In this document: one piece after another, positions 16,062-20,811 of the stretch | Position numbering within the stretch: position 1 is the first letter of the stretch | Layout of the letters: each line of letters begins with the position of its first letter | Source of the DNA: an uncultured bacterium | GTDB taxonomy: Bacteria > Hydrogenedentota > Hydrogenedentia > Hydrogenedentales > JAEUWI01 | Assembly: GCA_963977445.1 (NCBI GenBank) | Contig: CAXBPH010000108.1 | Span: 1-20,811, forward strand | DNA length: 20,811 nucleotides | Direction of reading: 5' to 3' | Translations under genes and position numbers: made by a program | The notes under the pieces: generated by a model | What the model saw: the letters and a program-made list of their open reading frames with translations, nothing else | Databases searched by the model: none | Told to the model about the DNA's origin: nothing

Positions 16062-17069
16062 TCAAAGTCGTTTTATGAGCGCCGCAGTAAAGGCCTTCGT
16101 TCCCGCTTTACCACCCAAATCCCGGGTAAGCTCTTCCGGGTTGCTCTCTTCGAGCAGGGCATTATAGGCATCACGAAGATTACGGGCACGGTCGGTTTCA
16201 CCCAGGTGCCGCAACATCATCACACCGCTCATGATGAGGGCCAACGGATTGGCCAGATCTTGCCCGGCAATATCGGGTGCGCTGCCATGGACCGCCTCAA
16301 AGACGGCCACTTCGTCGCCATAATTGGCACCGGGCACCACACCCAGTCCGCCAACCAGACCAGCGCAGAGGTCGCTGATAATATCACCGAAAAGATTTTC
16401 CAGCAGAAGCACATCAAATCGGCTCGGGTCACGGACCATCTGCATGCAGGCGTTGTCGATAATCAACTCTTCGTATTCAATTTCCGGCGCGATTTCTTCG
16501 TGAATGCGGCGTACGCAGTCGAGAAAAAGCCCGTCAGACTTCTTCATAATATTGGCTTTGTGGAAAACGGTGACCTTCTTACGTCCCCGCTCCTGGCAGT
16601 ACTTGAAGGCACACCGGGCGATACGTTCACTGGCTTTTCGGGTCACTACCTTCAGGCTGGTCACGACCCCTTCGGAAATTTCATTCTCCAGGCCAGAGTA
16701 AAGCCCTTCGGTATTTTCGCGAAAGATAACGATATCGACATTGTCGTAGCGGGTCTTTATTCCATTGAGACTCCGCACCGGTCGAATGGCGCAATACAGG
16801 TTGGCCCGCTTACGCATGAGCACGTTTACGCTCTTGAATCCCTTGCCTATGGGTGTCGTAACGGGACCCTTCAAGGCCACCTTGTGGAGCTCGATTTGCT
16901 CGATGGTGTGCGACGGGAGGGTCTTGCCATATTTCTCGATGGCACCCGCACCCGCAGGCAGATCAATCCATTCAATCTCGACGCCGGTGGCTTCGAGAAC
17001 CCGTTGGGTCGCTTCGGTCACTTCGGGACCGATTCCGTCCCCTTTGATCATACAAACTGTGTGGGCCAT
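16062..17069 (-). CDS. icd: Isocitrate/isopropylmalate dehydrogenase family, most like NAD-dependent isocitrate dehydrogenase, 335 aa
   Basis: GDGIGPEV, LKGPVTTP, KSVNV.MR, RENTEGLY, HKANIMK, NLFGDIISDLCAGLVGGLG, FEAVHGSAPDIAG. Start ATG 17069 with AGAGGAG SD. Substrate inferred from the SVN..R motif. Confidence 0.85.
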   Translation of the reverse strand: MAHTVCMIKGDGIGPEVTEATQRVLEATGVEIEWIDLPAGAGAIEKYGKTLPSHTIEQIELHKVALKGPVTTPIGKGFKSVNVLMRKRANLYCAIRPVRSLNGIKTRYDNVDIVIFRENTEGLYSGLENEISEGVVTSLKVVTRKASERIARCAFKYCQERGRKKVTVFHKANIMKKSDGLFLDCVRRIHEEIAPEIEYEELIIDNACMQMVRDPSRFDVLLLENLFGDIISDLCAGLVGGLGVVPGANYGDEVAVFEAVHGSAPDIAGQDLANPLALIMSGVMMLRHLGETDRARNLRDAYNALLEESNPEELTRDLGGKAGTKAFTAALIKRL

Positions 17070-17300
17070 ACGGATTTCTCCTCTGTTGTGTTGGTCTCGT
17101 GTGTGGGTTCTGGGAGAACGCAGACAGCACGAGACCCCTCGCCCGGTGCGCGATCTGCGCCCGGGCAACCATGAATACTCAGCCCGACACCGTATGATAT
17201 CACGGGAAGAATGGCGTTTGCATGGACCATATGCAAGGCGACGCCCGCCCGAAAGCATTTCCGTTGGCCGGCCGCTGCCACAAGTATCCCAGAAAAAGAC

Positions 17301-18602
17301 CTATATAAACAGGGCTTCTATCGGTTTTCCGCCATCGGTAATCGGGACCGGACGGTCGCCATCGTAAAGATTTTTGGTGTAGTCCATGCCAGTAGCGGCG
17401 AGTATCGTGGCGAAAAAATCGGGCACACTAACGGGATCGGTCACAATTTTCTTGGAGAGCTCGTCGGTTTGACCGTAGGCCCCTTTGTGAGACAAACCAC
17501 CACCGGCCAGCACGCAACTGAAGGCGGTACCCTGATGGCCCCGCCCGCCCCGGGCATCGAAGGAAGAGGGTCGGCCAAACTCGGAGGTAATGACGATGAG
17601 GGTCTTGTCGAGCATCTGGTGGGCTTCCAAATCGGTAATCAAGGTCGCCACGGCCGTGTCCAGCTCCTGGATTAACTTGTGCTGGTTAAGGATGCCCTCA
17701 AAGTGCACGTCCCAACCGGCACCATTGAGGAAATTCAGGTTGTGGGAAACCTCGATAAACCGGACGCCCTTCTGCACCAGCCGCCGACTCAACAGGCAGC
17801 GCTGGCCAAACTCCCCCCCATAGGCGAGGCGGAGGTCGGCGGGTTCTTCGTCGAGTTGGAAGACCCGATTGAATTCGGGACCACTGAGTTTAAGGCTCTG
17901 GGCAATGGCTTCTTCATAATCTGACTCCCGTGAGTCAACGGCGGCATTGCCTTCGCGTAAGACGGACAAGAGGGCTTCGCGGCGGTCCTGCCGGGACTGA
18001 GTGATGCCCTCGGGCCGTGACAGACCGGCCGGCCCCTGGCTGGTGTCCGTCAGATAGAGATAACTGTCACGGGCACCCAGAAAGCCGGGTCCACGGGTAA
18101 TATTGGGATAGCCAATCAACACATAAGGTGGCGCACCCTCGGCCACGGCGCCCAGCTCGTGAGACACCAGGGAGCCCAGGGAAGGATAGGTGGCGGTACC
18201 GCTAATGGCGCGCCCCGTGTGCATGCGGTTGGTGGCCGCAGCATGCTCGTCGATCACCTCGTGGTGTACGGTGCGCACCGCTGTCACCCGATCCATGAGG
18301 GGCGCGAGGTTCTTGAGATGTTCGCACACCTGGACACCGGCCACGGCCGTGTCGATGGAATCATAATAGCCCCCCGCCACTTTCTTCAGGGGATCACCTT
18401 TGGCAATGGGGTCGAAGGTATCGGTTTGCCCCATACCTCCACCAAGCCATATGGATATAACGTGTTCCGCCTTGCCTTTGAGCAGCGGAGCCGGTGTTTC
18501 TGCGGCACCGATCCGGGGCAACGTTACCCCGGCAGCCAATGCGGCGCTGGCGGCAAGATATTCGCGTCGGGTCATCCCCTTGGGCATCGTGTTCCGATTC
18601 AT
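17301..18602 (-). CDS. DUF1501 domain protein with Tat signal peptide
   Basis: TRREYL twin-arginine signal, [58 protein letters not shown]. Start is 18602 (AGGA SD) or 18635 (TGATG overlap with the upstream gene). Confidence 0.93.
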   Translation of the reverse strand: MNRNTMPKGMTRREYLAASAALAAGVTLPRIGAAETPAPLLKGKAEHVISIWLGGGMGQTDTFDPIAKGDPLKKVAGGYYDSIDTAVAGVQVCEHLKNLAPLMDRVTAVRTVHHEVIDEHAAATNRMHTGRAISGTATYPSLGSLVSHELGAVAEGAPPYVLIGYPNITRGPGFLGARDSYLYLTDTSQGPAGLSRPEGITQSRQDRREALLSVLREGNAAVDSRESDYEEAIAQSLKLSGPEFNRVFQLDEEPADLRLAYGGEFGQRCLLSRRLVQKGVRFIEVSHNLNFLNGAGWDVHFEGILNQHKLIQELDTAVATLITDLEAHQMLDKTLIVITSEFGRPSSFDARGGRGHQGTAFSCVLAGGGLSHKGAYGQTDELSKKIVTDPVSVPDFFATILAATGMDYTKNLYDGDRPVPITDGGKPIEALFI

Positions 18603-18634
18603 GGCACTATTCCTATCGTTACGCGGGCGGCCCA

Positions 18635-20811
18635 TCAGGACGCCCAGACGAATTCACGGTGGTTGACGAGGCTCCACACCAGGTCTTCATAGCGTTCACG
18701 CCACTCCGGGCGCAATCGCCGATCCGGTGGAGGCCCCATGCGAACACGTTGCTCTACTTCCAACTGAATGGAATTGGCATCTGCCTGAAGATGGTTAAAC
18801 CAGGTTACGAGGGGAAGGGGCGGCAGCACTTCCGGTGCAACGATTTCCTCAGCCGTCAGTAGACGTTCGGCGAATCCCCCTTCGAGCATTCCTGAGAAGG
18901 ACGCCCGTTCGTCTTCGCCCGGCTTACGGCTCAAAAAGCGCATAAACAGAGTGTCCACCAGCGATTCCGGTGTCGAAGCATCGACGGCGAGCTGCGCAAG
19001 CGTGCTCCCGTCAGACGCCCGGGTCAAGGTCATCGACAGGGTGCCATTGGCGAGAATTCCCGGCTGCAAGACATTGGGCTCGGTTTCCCGGTGGGTGATG
19101 GGCTTTTGGCGGGAACCCGTCCAGCCGAAGGCTTCCAACACATCGGACACCATCTGGGCGCGGGGCAGGGTCAGGCTGGGGCGATCGCGCTCATTGGCCA
19201 GGCTGGCAAACATCCACGCCCGGTCGGGCTTGCCCAGACTGAGTCGATTGCTGATGGGACGACGACCATCGTGGACAAAGGTCAATTCTTCCACCTCCAT
19301 CGTCGACCCGGTGGTAGTATAAAGGGAATCTACAACCTGTTCGGCGGTCAGGCGTCGTGGCTCAGGGGCATTGAAGAAGCGGGCATCCGCACGAGCGACC
19401 AGGTTCTTTCCTGTGCCCTGCCGCTGGTAAGCGTCGGACGTCAGAATCAGGCGGGTCACATGGCGCAGGTCATAATCATGACGTACGAATTCATGGGCCA
19501 GCCATTCGAGCATTTCGGGGTGACTCGGACCATGGCCTTCCCAGTCGTAGACCGGCTCCACGATGCCTGCACCCATAAGGCGCTTCCAGAGGCGATTCAC
19601 GATCACCTGGGCAAAACGCTGGTTCTGGGGTACCGTCATGAAAGCCGCCAGACGTTCGCGGCTATCCTCCGGCTTTTCCATCAAGGCCGCTATTTCATCG
19701 ACGTCTGCGACACCGCTAAGCTCGCCAAAGGGCCAGATCGGCTCAACCACTTCGCCGGGTTTCAGGGTAACCCTAATCAGCGGCTTACGATCCATATTGG
19801 CAAAAAATTCTGCGGGCACGCTACTGGATGCCGGGGCGCTCACCCCTTTTCGTTCGAGCATGGCCGCCAGCGAGAAAAGGTCACGCTGGCTTGAGCTGTG
19901 GTAGGGTGCATCGTGGCACCGGGCGCATTGCATCTCTACGCCCATAAAGGCAGAGGCCAGGATGTGACCCTTGGCCGCCATGGGCGCATCGTTTTCCGCC
20001 GCCATGGCAAATCCAGCACTCCCCCCTTCGTATCGATTTCCCCGCATCATGATCAAGTCGGTCACCATGCGATCCAGCGACTTGTTGTCGCGCAGGGAAT
20101 CGTAGAGAAACCAGCGAAAGGGTCCGGTACTGTTGAGCGAGGCGTTGATGATGGTGGGGTTCTCTGCCAGCACATCCATCCAATAGCCCATCCAGTGGTC
20201 CGCCGAACGCTCATCGGCCAATACCCGGTCGATCCAGGTAAAGCGCTTGTAGGGGTCGGTGTCCTGGAGAAATTCGGCAAGGGCGTCACGGCTGGGCGGA
20301 ACACCCACCACATCGAGAAACAGTCGGCGCAAGAAGGATGCATCGTCGACGATGGGCGCAAGCGCTAAGGCCGCCTCTTCATGGGGCTGGGCAGGCCATT
20401 CAGCACCACCCGTTATCCAGGCCTCCAGGGCAGCGATCGATTCCGCGGGCAGGCCCGTCCCCTTGGGCGGCATACGCACTTCTTCGTCTTCACTACGAAT
20501 ACGGGCCATTAGTTCACTGGTTGCGCTGTCGCCGGGGACGACCGCGGGCATTTCCGAATCACCGGCCCTCAACAGAGCCTCGCGGCTGTTGAGCTTGAGG
20601 CCGCCCTTCTCTTTTTCCCCATGGCAGCGAAAACACTCATCTTGCAATATGGGCAACACGCCGGTATAGAACTGTTGGGCACGCTCCCGGCCCTCTCCCG
20701 TAGAGGCGGCCCGGGCGGTTTCAATTTTCTGGATTAGAAAGGCATCTATGGGGTGGGCCGTTTCGGCGCTGGCACCCGTGGGCGGGGTCGGTGCCGGGTG
20801 TTCTGTGGCCC
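18635..20811 (-). CDS. DUF1549/DUF1553 protein with planctomycete-type cytochrome c domain, 5'-partial
   Basis: Frame open to the window edge (...HPIDAFL...[24 protein letters not shown]...RMPP). Also [46 protein letters not shown] and [11 protein letters not shown]. Two CxxCH motifs. Confidence 0.95.
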   Translation of the reverse strand, partial: ATEHPAPTPPTGASAETAHPIDAFLIQKIETARAASTGEGRERAQQFYTGVLPILQDECFRCHGEKEKGGLKLNSREALLRAGDSEMPAVVPGDSATSELMARIRSEDEEVRMPPKGTGLPAESIAALEAWITGGAEWPAQPHEEAALALAPIVDDASFLRRLFLDVVGVPPSRDALAEFLQDTDPYKRFTWIDRVLADERSADHWMGYWMDVLAENPTIINASLNSTGPFRWFLYDSLRDNKSLDRMVTDLIMMRGNRYEGGSAGFAMAAENDAPMAAKGHILASAFMGVEMQCARCHDAPYHSSSQRDLFSLAAMLERKGVSAPASSSVPAEFFANMDRKPLIRVTLKPGEVVEPIWPFGELSGVADVDEIAALMEKPEDSRERLAAFMTVPQNQRFAQVIVNRLWKRLMGAGIVEPVYDWEGHGPSHPEMLEWLAHEFVRHDYDLRHVTRLILTSDAYQRQGTGKNLVARADARFFNAPEPRRLTAEQVVDSLYTTTGSTMEVEELTFVHDGRRPISNRLSLGKPDRAWMFASLANERDRPSLTLPRAQMVSDVLEAFGWTGSRQKPITHRETEPNVLQPGILANGTLSMTLTRASDGSTLAQLAVDASTPESLVDTLFMRFLSRKPGEDERASFSGMLEGGFAERLLTAEEIVAPEVLPPLPLVTWFNHLQADANSIQLEVEQRVRMGPPPDRRLRPEWRERYEDLVWSLVNHREFVWAS

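Noticed and set aside
14953..20669. Long + strand ORFs (404, 322, 267 aa and others)
   Set aside because: Antisense mirrors of clearly identifiable GC-rich genes, with no motifs of their own.

Overview
Bacterial, fairly GC-rich chromosomal window. PVC-type DUF1501/DUF1549/DUF1553 genes and poly-GE linkers in a giant secreted protein suggest Ca. Hydrogenedentota or a Planctomycetota-like lineage (inference only). The left part looks like a genomic island at the 3' end of tRNA-Val(CAC). It carries a tyrosine integrase, a near-consensus sigma70 promoter, a 412-aa secreted helical protein and a modular surface protein of more than 1865 aa. That protein runs off the left edge and is missing from the ORF track. 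The middle holds a TPR membrane protein, an hslV frameshifted by a ~14-nt deletion with no hslU beside it, and threonine aldolase. It also holds an accessory islet in which a pentapeptide-repeat gene is bracketed by two near-identical 113-bp structured direct repeats in a cassette-like arrangement, followed by an orphan membrane gene. The right part is a run of minus-strand genes: DUF1549/DUF1553 cytochrome c protein (partial), DUF1501, NAD-type isocitrate dehydrogenase, DUF1080 protein and SDR.
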